From Methanothrix sp. (GTDB taxonomy: Archaea; Halobacteriota; Methanosarcinia; Methanotrichales; Methanotrichaceae), in assembly GCA_030372945.1 (NCBI GenBank), contig JAUCQD010000187.1, positions 1 through 57,936 of the forward strand: DNA of 57,936 bases. Direction: 5' to 3'. The position numbers and the translations under genes were made by a program. The first letter of the stretch is position 1, and the number at the start of each line of letters is the position of its first letter. The notes under the pieces were generated by a model. The model did no database searches. It worked only from the letters and a program-made list of their open reading frames with translations, and had not been told where the DNA came from. Shown here piece after piece: positions 17,708-25,576 of this stretch.

Positions 17708-18767
17708 CTTGCTCGTCCTGCATGCTTCTGGTCTGAATGATATCGATGCCTGTCGTCGAGCGTGGCTGTGGAGTCAGCAGTACTCCCCGATGAAACCTGT
17801 CCCTGCTTTCTGGTTAGGTACGAATGTTCATGCAGGTCTCGAAGCCTACTATCGTCAATTGAGTCCAGAGGTCCTTTCTCTCCCGAAGGCTCCAGAAGCT
17901 ATGACCCCGGCTCAAATTGCTCTTCAAGAGTACGAAAGATTTGGTAATGAGGCCTATGAGAAAGTTCGACAGCTCTCTGGTTCTCTCTGGGAAACATTTT
18001 CTATCGAGTTCGACGAGGCTTACTCCCTTGGACACAAGATGCTCCAGAACTACTTCATCTTCGATGCAACAGACCCACTTCCTGGTGAGGTCGAGAAAGT
18101 TGAAGGTCAGATTGAAATCGAAATTATTCCTGGAGTAGGATTGAGTGGTCGAATCGACATGGTTCGACGAGACGGGAATCGTCGATGGATCGTTGATCAT
18201 AAGACCTCTTCTTCAGGATTTGGGAACTTTGCTCCTCTGGATATCGACGGTCAACTGACAGCCTATGCATATCTATACTATGCCAAGACAGGTGTTCTTG
18301 TCGATGGGTTGATATACAACGTGCTGATCAAATCCCTCCCGAACTTTCCTGAAGTTTTGAAGAGCGGTGGTCTCTCGAAGTCGAAGTCCCAAGCGACTGT
18401 TTATGCTCTGTATGTTTCAGCTCTCGAAGAACTCTTTGCGGCCCCTTACGATGCAATCCCGGGAGAAGCACTCGTTCCCTACGTCGAGATTCTGAACCAT
18501 CTCCAGCAGAAAGGATGGTCGAGTTTCTTCCAGAGGGCCTCATCGACTCGTAATTGGCATGAACTCGAATCTTTCCAGAATCATCTGGTCGAGAAAGCAA
18601 AGACAGCTCTATCGATTATCGAGGACCCCGAACGTTTGGCTTATCCCAGTCCCTCAACTTACACGTGTGGTTGGTGTCCCTTCCTCTCTGTGTGTAAGGC
18701 GAAAGAAGATGGCGGAGACTATCAAGCCATCTTAGATTCTCGATTCTTGAAAGGACAAGTATGGTAA
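17691..18767 (+). CDS. PD-(D/E)XK (RecB/Cas4-like) exonuclease
   Basis: GTNVH, GRID...IVDHKT, QLTAY, C-terminal CGWCPF..VC. Confidence 0.85.
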   Translation: MTENSNLLVLHASGLNDIDACRRAWLWSQQYSPMKPVPAFWLGTNVHAGLEAYYRQLSPEVLSLPKAPEAMTPAQIALQEYERFGNEAYEKVRQLSGSLWETFSIEFDEAYSLGHKMLQNYFIFDATDPLPGEVEKVEGQIEIEIIPGVGLSGRIDMVRRDGNRRWIVDHKTSSSGFGNFAPLDIDGQLTAYAYLYYAKTGVLVDGLIYNVLIKSLPNFPEVLKSGGLSKSKSQATVYALYVSALEELFAAPYDAIPGEALVPYVEILNHLQQKGWSSFFQRASSTRNWHELESFQNHLVEKAKTALSIIEDPERLAYPSPSTYTCGWCPFLSVCKAKEDGGDYQAILDSRFLKGQVW

Positions 18768-19489
18768 TTGAAATCAAGAAACCCGATACGTCCCGTTTTG
18801 CCAAGTGCCTTTTCTTCGGGCCTTCAGGTCACGGGAAGACAACACTCTTAGGGACGGCTGAAGACGACCCACGAACATCTCCCAGTCTTCTCCTCTCATA
18901 CGAAGGGGGAACGAGTTCTCTCGTTGGCCGTGATATCGATATTGTCGATATCCGATCCTGGAGAGACTTCAATGAGGCGTATGCACTTCTGTCCGATCCG
19001 TCCTGCAAATACAAGAGCGTAGGGATTGATTCTGTTTCAGAGACTCACATCTTCGCTCTCCTGACTCTTCTGGATGGAGATCGCAATCGGAAGATCCCGG
19101 ATCTCCTTGAACAAGGGGATTACGGTATTGCTCTCGTCCAGATGAGGAAATTCCTTCGTTCCTTCCGGGATTTACCAATGCATGTCTTCATGACTGCGTT
19201 GGCGAAAGATGAAACAGATCCCCGTGAGGGTCTCGTTAAGAAACCCTCTTTGACCGGATCTCTTGCAGATGAAGCTCCAGGCATCTTTGATGTCGTAGCT
19301 TACTTGGGATTGGGGAATGACGAAGCTGGGGACGAACATCGGTTCTTGTGTCTTCATGATGTCCCGAAACTTCGTGTGAAGACACGTACTCCCTGGAAGG
19401 CTGAAGTCCCCCAGATGATTCCCGACCCAACAATTACCCTGCTGCTGGATGCTCTTCAGATTCCGAAGGGACCAGCCTCAAAGAAGTAG
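18761..19489 (+). CDS. AAA_24 / Sak4-like ATPase (recombinase)
   Basis: GPSGHGKT Walker A, IDSVSE; lies between exonuclease and SSB. Confidence 0.85.
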   Translation: MVIEIKKPDTSRFAKCLFFGPSGHGKTTLLGTAEDDPRTSPSLLLSYEGGTSSLVGRDIDIVDIRSWRDFNEAYALLSDPSCKYKSVGIDSVSETHIFALLTLLDGDRNRKIPDLLEQGDYGIALVQMRKFLRSFRDLPMHVFMTALAKDETDPREGLVKKPSLTGSLADEAPGIFDVVAYLGLGNDEAGDEHRFLCLHDVPKLRVKTRTPWKAEVPQMIPDPTITLLLDALQIPKGPASKK

Positions 19490-19493
19490 CCAC

Positions 19494-19608
19494 CCTATTC
19501 TGATCTATTCGAGACAGACTGTCCCTGTAAAGGCTGAGGCGATTTACAAACCGAAGAGGTGTCGGGTTGGCTTCCCGACTAGGCTGCCTAGACGATAGAT
19601 CGGGTAGG
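19494..19608 (+). ncRNA. Candidate cis-regulatory structured RNA upstream of SSB
   Basis: Outer stem cctattctgatctat / atagatcgggtagg encloses tgtaaa...tttaca and gtcggg...cccgac hairpins. Confidence 0.4.
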
Positions 19609-19640
19609 AGAAATTCATTTCTTTACTTTGGAGGTTACAC

Positions 19641-20171
19641 ATGCAGATTGATCTTGATTTTAGTAATGTTCAAGAGTTCGAGGCAATCCCCGCAGGGAAT
19701 TACCCGATCGTCGTAGAACAAGTAGAGATGAAGCAGTCCCAGAACTCTGACTATCCCTACTTGAATTACACTCTGACGATCACTGATGGCGAGTATGCCA
19801 ATCGGAAGTTGTTCATGATCTCCAGCCTGTCCCCCAAGGCTCTGTGGCGGGCGAAAGCCGTCTTCCAGACCTTGGGAGTCTATCAGGAGAAGATGGATAT
19901 TCAGGTTGACGATGATACGAATTTGGTCGTCTTCCCCGAACTCGTCGGTGCAGTCGGGATTGCTGTTGTAGGTCAAGAGACCTATGAAGGTCGGATTCAG
20001 AATCGAGTTCAGGACATTGTCCCGATGGACGATGGTGTTGCGAACGAGCTCGCTCAATCCACTCCTCCCCCTGCTGTCAAAACTCCGGCCACTCCTGCAA
20101 CTGCAGTTCGCAAACCGATTGGCGGAGCTGCCCCAACGAACGGGAATCGGCCTGCTTTCAGGATCAAGTAG
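19641..20171 (+). CDS. DUF669 family ssDNA-binding protein
   Basis: DFSNV.EF..IPAG.Y, GEYANRKLF and YEGR..NRV motifs; GGAGG RBS. Confidence 0.8.
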   Translation: MQIDLDFSNVQEFEAIPAGNYPIVVEQVEMKQSQNSDYPYLNYTLTITDGEYANRKLFMISSLSPKALWRAKAVFQTLGVYQEKMDIQVDDDTNLVVFPELVGAVGIAVVGQETYEGRIQNRVQDIVPMDDGVANELAQSTPPPAVKTPATPATAVRKPIGGAAPTNGNRPAFRIK

Positions 20172-20174
20172 TCG

Positions 20175-20528
20175 ATGGCTACGATTACTCTTTCCAGGAG
20201 TATGGATACGGTTGAAACCCCCTCGAGTAATATCGAGGGGGTTCAGCTCGTTCTCGAGAATGCTGTAACTGTCTTCTCCGATTCAGAAGGGAGTTCGATC
20301 GTTTCAGTTATTCTCAACTATATCCCTCGACATGTCCTTCTTCGACGAAAGTCTCTAAGGACATATCTCGAATCCTTCTCTTCCGAGACACTCTCGTGTG
20401 AGGAAATGGCCCTGAAGATTCTAGCCGAGCTTGATCTTCTTTTAGAGACGAAATCGATTCGAGTTGAAGTCATCTTCCAATCCACTGGGCTCCCAACGAT
20501 CTCGACAGTCGTTCGGGCTTCAGATTAA
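20175..20528 (+). CDS. QueF-like T-fold protein lacking the canonical catalytic Cys/Asp segment
   Basis: ILNYIP...RKSLRTYLESF...SCEE...IL.EL..LL....IRV aligns to QueF ISYIP...ESKSLKLYLFSF...FHE; CPxTGQPD is absent. Confidence 0.7.
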   Translation: MATITLSRSMDTVETPSSNIEGVQLVLENAVTVFSDSEGSSIVSVILNYIPRHVLLRRKSLRTYLESFSSETLSCEEMALKILAELDLLLETKSIRVEVIFQSTGLPTISTVVRASD

Positions 20529-20548
20529 CTCAAGTAGAAAGGTCTATC

Positions 20549-21247
20549 GTGATAGATAAAAAGCTGAAATCTTTACCCGGCAACTCCTCCCTTCTGGACA
20601 TCATCACAGGGACGTTCGTAGCTGTTCTCCTCATTTCGAATATCGCCTCGTCGAAGATTGTCCAGTTTGGTCCCTTCTCATTTGATGGTGGGACGATTCT
20701 GTTCCCACTGGCCTATATTTTCGGGGACGTCTTGACAGAAGTCTATGGTTACAAGAAATCTCGTCGAGTTATCTGGACAGGGTTCTTCTGGATAGCTGCA
20801 GCAGCAGCTCTCTTTGGTCTTGTAGCCTCTCTCCCTACAGCATCGGATTCTCTCGAACTCGCAGCTGCTTTCTCGATGATTTTTGGATTAGTTCCTCGAA
20901 TCGTTGCTGCGAGTATGATTGCTTACTTCCTCGGAGAGTTCTCAAACTCCTTCCTATTAGCCAAGATTAAGATTTGGACTGCCGGGAAAGCTCTTTGGGT
21001 AAGAACAATCAGTTCGACACTTGTTGGTGAGGGAGTAGATACTTTTGTATTTCTGATGATTGCCTTCTGGGGTGTATTCCCTCCCGATCTCCTCTGGACG
21101 ATTGGTCTGAGTAACTATATCTTCAAAGTAGGGACAGAAGTTCTCTTCACTCCGATTACATACATTATCGTGAATTGGCTAAAGAAGGTTGATCAGCAAG
21201 ACGTCTACGATATAGGTACGAATTTCAGCCCCTTCTCTAGTAACTAA
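20549..21247 (+). CDS. yhhQ: Queuosine precursor (preQ0/preQ1) transporter, VUT family
   Basis: LISNIASSK, GTILFPLAYIFGDVLTEVYG, PRIVAAS..AY, RTISST.VG..VDT. Confidence 0.92.
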   Translation: MIDKKLKSLPGNSSLLDIITGTFVAVLLISNIASSKIVQFGPFSFDGGTILFPLAYIFGDVLTEVYGYKKSRRVIWTGFFWIAAAAALFGLVASLPTASDSLELAAAFSMIFGLVPRIVAASMIAYFLGEFSNSFLLAKIKIWTAGKALWVRTISSTLVGEGVDTFVFLMIAFWGVFPPDLLWTIGLSNYIFKVGTEVLFTPITYIIVNWLKKVDQQDVYDIGTNFSPFSSN

Positions 21248-21274
21248 GGGGTATCAAACTACCTACTCTTAACT

Positions 21275-21311
21275 AGAGACTAGAGAGAACAAAGCCTCTC
21301 TAGTCTCTTTT
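21275..21311 (+). terminator. Rho-independent terminator-like hairpin
   Basis: agagactagagag (21275-21287) / ctctctagtctct (21296-21308) followed by TTT. Confidence 0.7.
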
Positions 21312-21321
21312 GGAGGTCTTT

Positions 21322-22077
21322 ATGGATAATTCCGTCAAACCAAGTTATGCCTCTATTCCCTCTTCTATCGAACGTACAGTCTATCGTCTGGCTCTTCTGA
21401 GTCCGACACCGGTAACTTTTAACGGTAAGCTCTGCCTCCCCGAACCCCCGAAGAATGTCACTCTAGGGAGTTCTGTTTTTCGCAAATTCGTCTGTGATCC
21501 CAGCTGTGATGCTTGCTGCATGATCCTCCCTGGCCCAATTACTCTCGATTATATTCCGTCTGAACTCCAAGCATTACCTGTCCGTCCCGAGGGAGAGCGA
21601 GAGTTCAAACCTGATATCATCGTAGTCAATGATCGAGAATTCGAAGTTTTTTCGACTGTGAAGCCTCTCTATGGTTGTCCCTTCCTGACAGTTCAGAAAG
21701 AATGTGGCGGTAAGGGATGTGAGCTTTGGCCGAATCACCCTCTCGAATGTTGGGCTGCCTACAAGATTCAAATTCAGAAGTACAAAGAGGGGTCAATCAT
21801 TCTGAAACGTCCCCCGAGTCGAGCTTGGAGATGGACGATTCCCCCGAAGTGTACTTACCCAGAAGTCTCTCCCGAAGAGATGACTGTCGAACTGACGTCG
21901 GATCTTGATATCCTGACTCGCTATCTGTCTTGGGCACGATACTTCGAAATCCCTACGATTCTCCCTCGGATTATTGATCTCGTTGGGGCGATGATCTATC
22001 AACCCAACCCTGAAATTTTCCGTAGACCATTCATCGTGGATATGAACAATCCCAGCGTCTATCGATATACTGTTTAG
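21322..22077 (+). CDS. YkgJ/DUF3109-like Cys-cluster metalloprotein (DpdM-like candidate)
   Basis: FVCDPSCDACC...GCPFL...GCELW..HPLEC; located between yhhQ and the TGT-like gene; GGAGG RBS. Confidence 0.6.
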   Translation: MDNSVKPSYASIPSSIERTVYRLALLSPTPVTFNGKLCLPEPPKNVTLGSSVFRKFVCDPSCDACCMILPGPITLDYIPSELQALPVRPEGEREFKPDIIVVNDREFEVFSTVKPLYGCPFLTVQKECGGKGCELWPNHPLECWAAYKIQIQKYKEGSIILKRPPSRAWRWTIPPKCTYPEVSPEEMTVELTSDLDILTRYLSWARYFEIPTILPRIIDLVGAMIYQPNPEIFRRPFIVDMNNPSVYRYTV

Positions 22078-22084
22078 GAGACCC

Positions 22085-22906
22085 ATGAAGCATATTCTCA
22101 TTCCCCCGATTCCCGAACTCAGACACGTTGCGGGAATGTCTCACTATTTGAGCCTCTCCCACTTAATTCAGTCTTCTCCGGAGTACGCCGAATTCTATTC
22201 GACAGAATCGAAGAGAGGAGCGTATGTAATTCTTGATAACTCTGCTCATGAATTCCAAGCTGGTCAGACTATCGAAATTCTGATGAAGCAAGGGGCAAAG
22301 ATTCAAGCTAAAGAAATCGTCCTCCCTGATCGACTCTTCTCGGCACAATCGACAATCCTGGGATGTCAGGTCGCTCTCGATAAACTTCTCGATATGCCAG
22401 CCTTTCGATCAGGAGAATATCGACCTCGATTGATGATTGTTGCTCAAGGAGAGTCTCCCGCAGATCTCCAAAGATGTGCAGAAAAAATGTGTCATGATTG
22501 GGAGACATATAGTATCGAGTATCCGCAGATTTTCGATCGTCCCCCTGTTTTGGGAGTCTCTAAAGACTATGAAGTCTTCCCGGGAGGATTGAAGGGACTC
22601 CTCGAAACGATCTTCTTTCCTCTGCAAGAGGACTTGACGACAGAAATTCATCTCCTCGGCTGGGGTCGAAAGCTGTGGGATCTCTCTGGGATTGCCTATG
22701 AGTATGGAAAGAGAATCCGATCTGTCGATTCTGCAAAACCCTTCGTCTATGGTTTGAATGGCATTCGTCTCGACCCTCGAGAAGTCCCTCCTCCCTACCC
22801 AAAGCGTTCCCCTACGTATTTCCAGACACAATTGACGAAAGATCAGCGTCTCTTAGCGGAATTCAACAGTCAGATTTTCGAGGCTACGAGTCGAGGTGAA
22901 GTATGA
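22085..22906 (+). CDS. TGT-fold DNA transglycosylase candidate (DpdA-like)
   Basis: ILDNSAHE, IVLPD, IVAQG, IHLLG and RSVDSAKP follow the TGT/DpdA barrel motif order; adjacent to the DNA polymerase. Confidence 0.75.
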   Translation: MKHILIPPIPELRHVAGMSHYLSLSHLIQSSPEYAEFYSTESKRGAYVILDNSAHEFQAGQTIEILMKQGAKIQAKEIVLPDRLFSAQSTILGCQVALDKLLDMPAFRSGEYRPRLMIVAQGESPADLQRCAEKMCHDWETYSIEYPQIFDRPPVLGVSKDYEVFPGGLKGLLETIFFPLQEDLTTEIHLLGWGRKLWDLSGIAYEYGKRIRSVDSAKPFVYGLNGIRLDPREVPPPYPKRSPTYFQTQLTKDQRLLAEFNSQIFEATSRGEV

Positions 22907-25335
22907 CACTTGAAGGTTATCCAGGCTGCGAAAAATGCCCTCTTGCTGGACAACCCATGGTTTTTGGGAAGGGCCCCTCCGGGGGTATCGCCATAGTGGG
23001 AGAAGCTCCGGGAACAGTAGAAGTTGCTAAGAAAGAACCCTTCGTCGGGCTCTCTGGGAAACTTCTTCGAGAGACGTTAAATTCTGCAGGAGTCGATCCT
23101 GGGGCAATTTACATCACGAATGCTGTCTTATGCCATCCCGATAAGAATGAGGCACCTTCGAAGACGGCCATTCAATGTTGTCGAGCTCGTCTTCTCTCGG
23201 AGTTGAAGTCTCAGAAAGTTCAGAAAGTTCTTTCTGTCGGTGCAATCCCTCTTTCAGCTCTTGCACCTGAAGTTGGGACAGCAATTACGAAGACTCATGG
23301 GATTGGGACAATGATTAATCTCGACTCTGAGACTCAAGTCTACTACGTCCCAACATATCATCCTGCAGCTATCATACGAGACCCAGATCTCTTTCGAGAT
23401 CTGGCACGAGACGTTATCAAGCTTTTGACCCATGATTCTCCCGTGGATCTCCCTGACTGTCTGACAATTGTTTGTCGAGACGTCCCGGATACTCTCTACT
23501 GGCTCGACGTCATTTCGAAGGCTTCTCGTCTGTCTTGTGACTTAGAGACGACAGGCCTATCTGCACAGTCTGATCGAATTCTATCTTTGGGATTCGGGGC
23601 CTTAACCATCGGAGAAGAGGGAGATACAGAGGGACTCTCTGTAATCGTTCCGAGAAACCTAGTCTATATCGATGAGGTTCGAGAGGCCGTTCGTCGTCTT
23701 CTACATATCCCCGAAATTAAGTGGGTATATCACAACAGTAAATTCGACGTCATCTTTCTGCAGCAGTATCTACAAGAGAGATATCGACCCGCGATCATGA
23801 CGGATACGATGCTTCTTCAGTACGCTCAAGATGAACGTGGGAGTGATACAGAATCGACCTCGAATGATCGTGGTTCATATCGTGTTCATGGGTTGAAAGA
23901 TCAAGCTCGAATGAGATTTGATATCCCTGACTATCACTTCGACTTCAAGATCTTTTATGCCACTCCCGAAGAAGAGAGGGACTGGGAGTCTCTGTATACT
24001 TATCACGGGAAGGACTGCTTCTTTACCCTGCTTCTTTGTGATGAACTCGAGAAAGAGCTCGACGATGAGTCCCCGAAGCTAAGACAACTCACCGAGGGTT
24101 TTCTCGTCCCCGGGGCTCTTGCTCTGGGCGAGATTGAATTTGCAGGGACAAAGATTGATATCGAATACTTGAAGAAACTTCGTACACAGACTGAAGAAGA
24201 GCTCCTCTTCGTAGAGACTCAGCTCAGAACTGTCGCACAGAAGTATGGAATTGAAAAGTTTAACCCTGCTTCTCCTCTTCAAGTCAAGGAACTATTTACT
24301 GCCATCAAGTTCTTCGCTCCTTCTTCAGAACGTGAAGTTATGCTTATGACGTTGAAGAAGACAAAAGCGACAGCGGAAGTTGAGAGCGTAGTAAAATACA
24401 TCCTCGAGTTTCGTCAGAAATCGAAAGTCCTCTCGACCTATATCGAGGGCTTACTGAAGAGAGCTGACAGTAATGGTCGTGTCCACCCCGACTTCTGGGT
24501 TCATGGGACTGCTACAGGTCGACTCTCCTGTCATGACCCAAATCTTCAGAACATCCCAACATTGATGGGACAATTGATTCGAGATGCTTTTATCGCTGAC
24601 GAGGGTCGTCTACTCCTCGAAGCTGACTTCTCTCAGCTCGAATTGAGAATTGCTGCTTGGTATTCTGGCGATCAAGAAATGATTTCCGCTTATCAGAACA
24701 ACGAGGATCTCCACAAGAAGGTTGCTGCAGCAATGTTTAAGAAGCCTGTCGAGGAAGTTACTCATCTCGAAAGATATATGGCTAAATACGTTGACTTTGG
24801 GATCATCTACGGTCGTGGGGCAAAGAGTCTATCCGAGGGATGGGAGATGGAATATGTTGTCGAGCAGGGAGGGAAGCCTTGGACTCTTCATGAGGCTGAA
24901 GTCTTCCTGAAGAAGTTTCTCGACTCCTTCCCGGGTCTTCGGGATTGGATCTCTTATCAACAAAAACAGGTCGTCAAAGATAAGTATATCGAGACCCCGA
25001 TGGGACGTCGTCGGAGATTCCCTCTTCTGACGAATCAAAATATCGGCAACGTTCAGAGACAAGCAGTAAATGCTCCTGTACAGTCTCTTGCTTCTGATCT
25101 CTGTTTCGGAGCTCTTTGGAGACTTCACGATCTTCTCCCAGAAGGATATAATATCCGATTTACTGTTCATGACTCGATTATGTTCGAGATCCCCGAGAAC
25201 TACGACCCCGAAGTTCTTGAGATGATCGCGTTCGAGATGACACAGAATATCCCGATCGATAGTGTCGTTCCTTTTCAAGTCGACATGAAGATTGGGAAAC
25301 GTTGGGGTCAGATGGAGAAGTTGAAACATGAGTAG
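22903..25335 (+). CDS. Family A DNA polymerase with N-terminal family-4 UDG domain and 3'-5' exonuclease
   Basis: UDG: CEKCPL, GEAPG, FVG.SG, TNAVLC, TYHPA. Exo: DLETTG, HNSKFD. Pol: TGRLS..PNLQNIP, ADFSQLELR, AK..DFGIIYG, VHDS. Confidence 0.95.
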   Translation: MTLEGYPGCEKCPLAGQPMVFGKGPSGGIAIVGEAPGTVEVAKKEPFVGLSGKLLRETLNSAGVDPGAIYITNAVLCHPDKNEAPSKTAIQCCRARLLSELKSQKVQKVLSVGAIPLSALAPEVGTAITKTHGIGTMINLDSETQVYYVPTYHPAAIIRDPDLFRDLARDVIKLLTHDSPVDLPDCLTIVCRDVPDTLYWLDVISKASRLSCDLETTGLSAQSDRILSLGFGALTIGEEGDTEGLSVIVPRNLVYIDEVREAVRRLLHIPEIKWVYHNSKFDVIFLQQYLQERYRPAIMTDTMLLQYAQDERGSDTESTSNDRGSYRVHGLKDQARMRFDIPDYHFDFKIFYATPEEERDWESLYTYHGKDCFFTLLLCDELEKELDDESPKLRQLTEGFLVPGALALGEIEFAGTKIDIEYLKKLRTQTEEELLFVETQLRTVAQKYGIEKFNPASPLQVKELFTAIKFFAPSSEREVMLMTLKKTKATAEVESVVKYILEFRQKSKVLSTYIEGLLKRADSNGRVHPDFWVHGTATGRLSCHDPNLQNIPTLMGQLIRDAFIADEGRLLLEADFSQLELRIAAWYSGDQEMISAYQNNEDLHKKVAAAMFKKPVEEVTHLERYMAKYVDFGIIYGRGAKSLSEGWEMEYVVEQGGKPWTLHEAEVFLKKFLDSFPGLRDWISYQQKQVVKDKYIETPMGRRRRFPLLTNQNIGNVQRQAVNAPVQSLASDLCFGALWRLHDLLPEGYNIRFTVHDSIMFEIPENYDPEVLEMIAFEMTQNIPIDSVVPFQVDMKIGKRWGQMEKLKHE

Positions 25336-25573
25336 ACCTACAATTCGCCAATCTTCGGGGACTCGAACTCTAACAGCTCTACGAATTCAGTCTGGGTTGA
25401 GTCAATCGATTCTCTCGAAAATGACAGGTATTCCACAACCTGTCATTTCGATGTACGAACACGGTCTGGAGATCCCTGGCCCCGAAGCTGAGAAGCTCTT
25501 TCAAGCCCTCTCTTCGGTTCGACCTCTATCGGGATATACCTCCCAGTCGCTATCTCAAGTCTGGGAGGGATAG
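25328..25573 (+). CDS. XRE-family HTH protein
   Basis: LR...GLSQ..LS..TGIPQ..IS.YE.G. Confidence 0.8.
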   Translation: MSRPTIRQSSGTRTLTALRIQSGLSQSILSKMTGIPQPVISMYEHGLEIPGPEAEKLFQALSSVRPLSGYTSQSLSQVWEG

Positions 25574-25576
25574 TCC

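Noticed and set aside
17691-18767. Cas4 as part of a CRISPR system
   Set aside because: Context (Sak4-like ATPase, SSB, resolvase) indicates an ordinary phage recombination exonuclease
19490-20548. Canonical preQ1 riboswitch ahead of queF-like/yhhQ
   Set aside because: No preQ1-I stem with A-rich tail or other recognisable class seen; the gaps directly upstream of these genes are 3 and 20 nt
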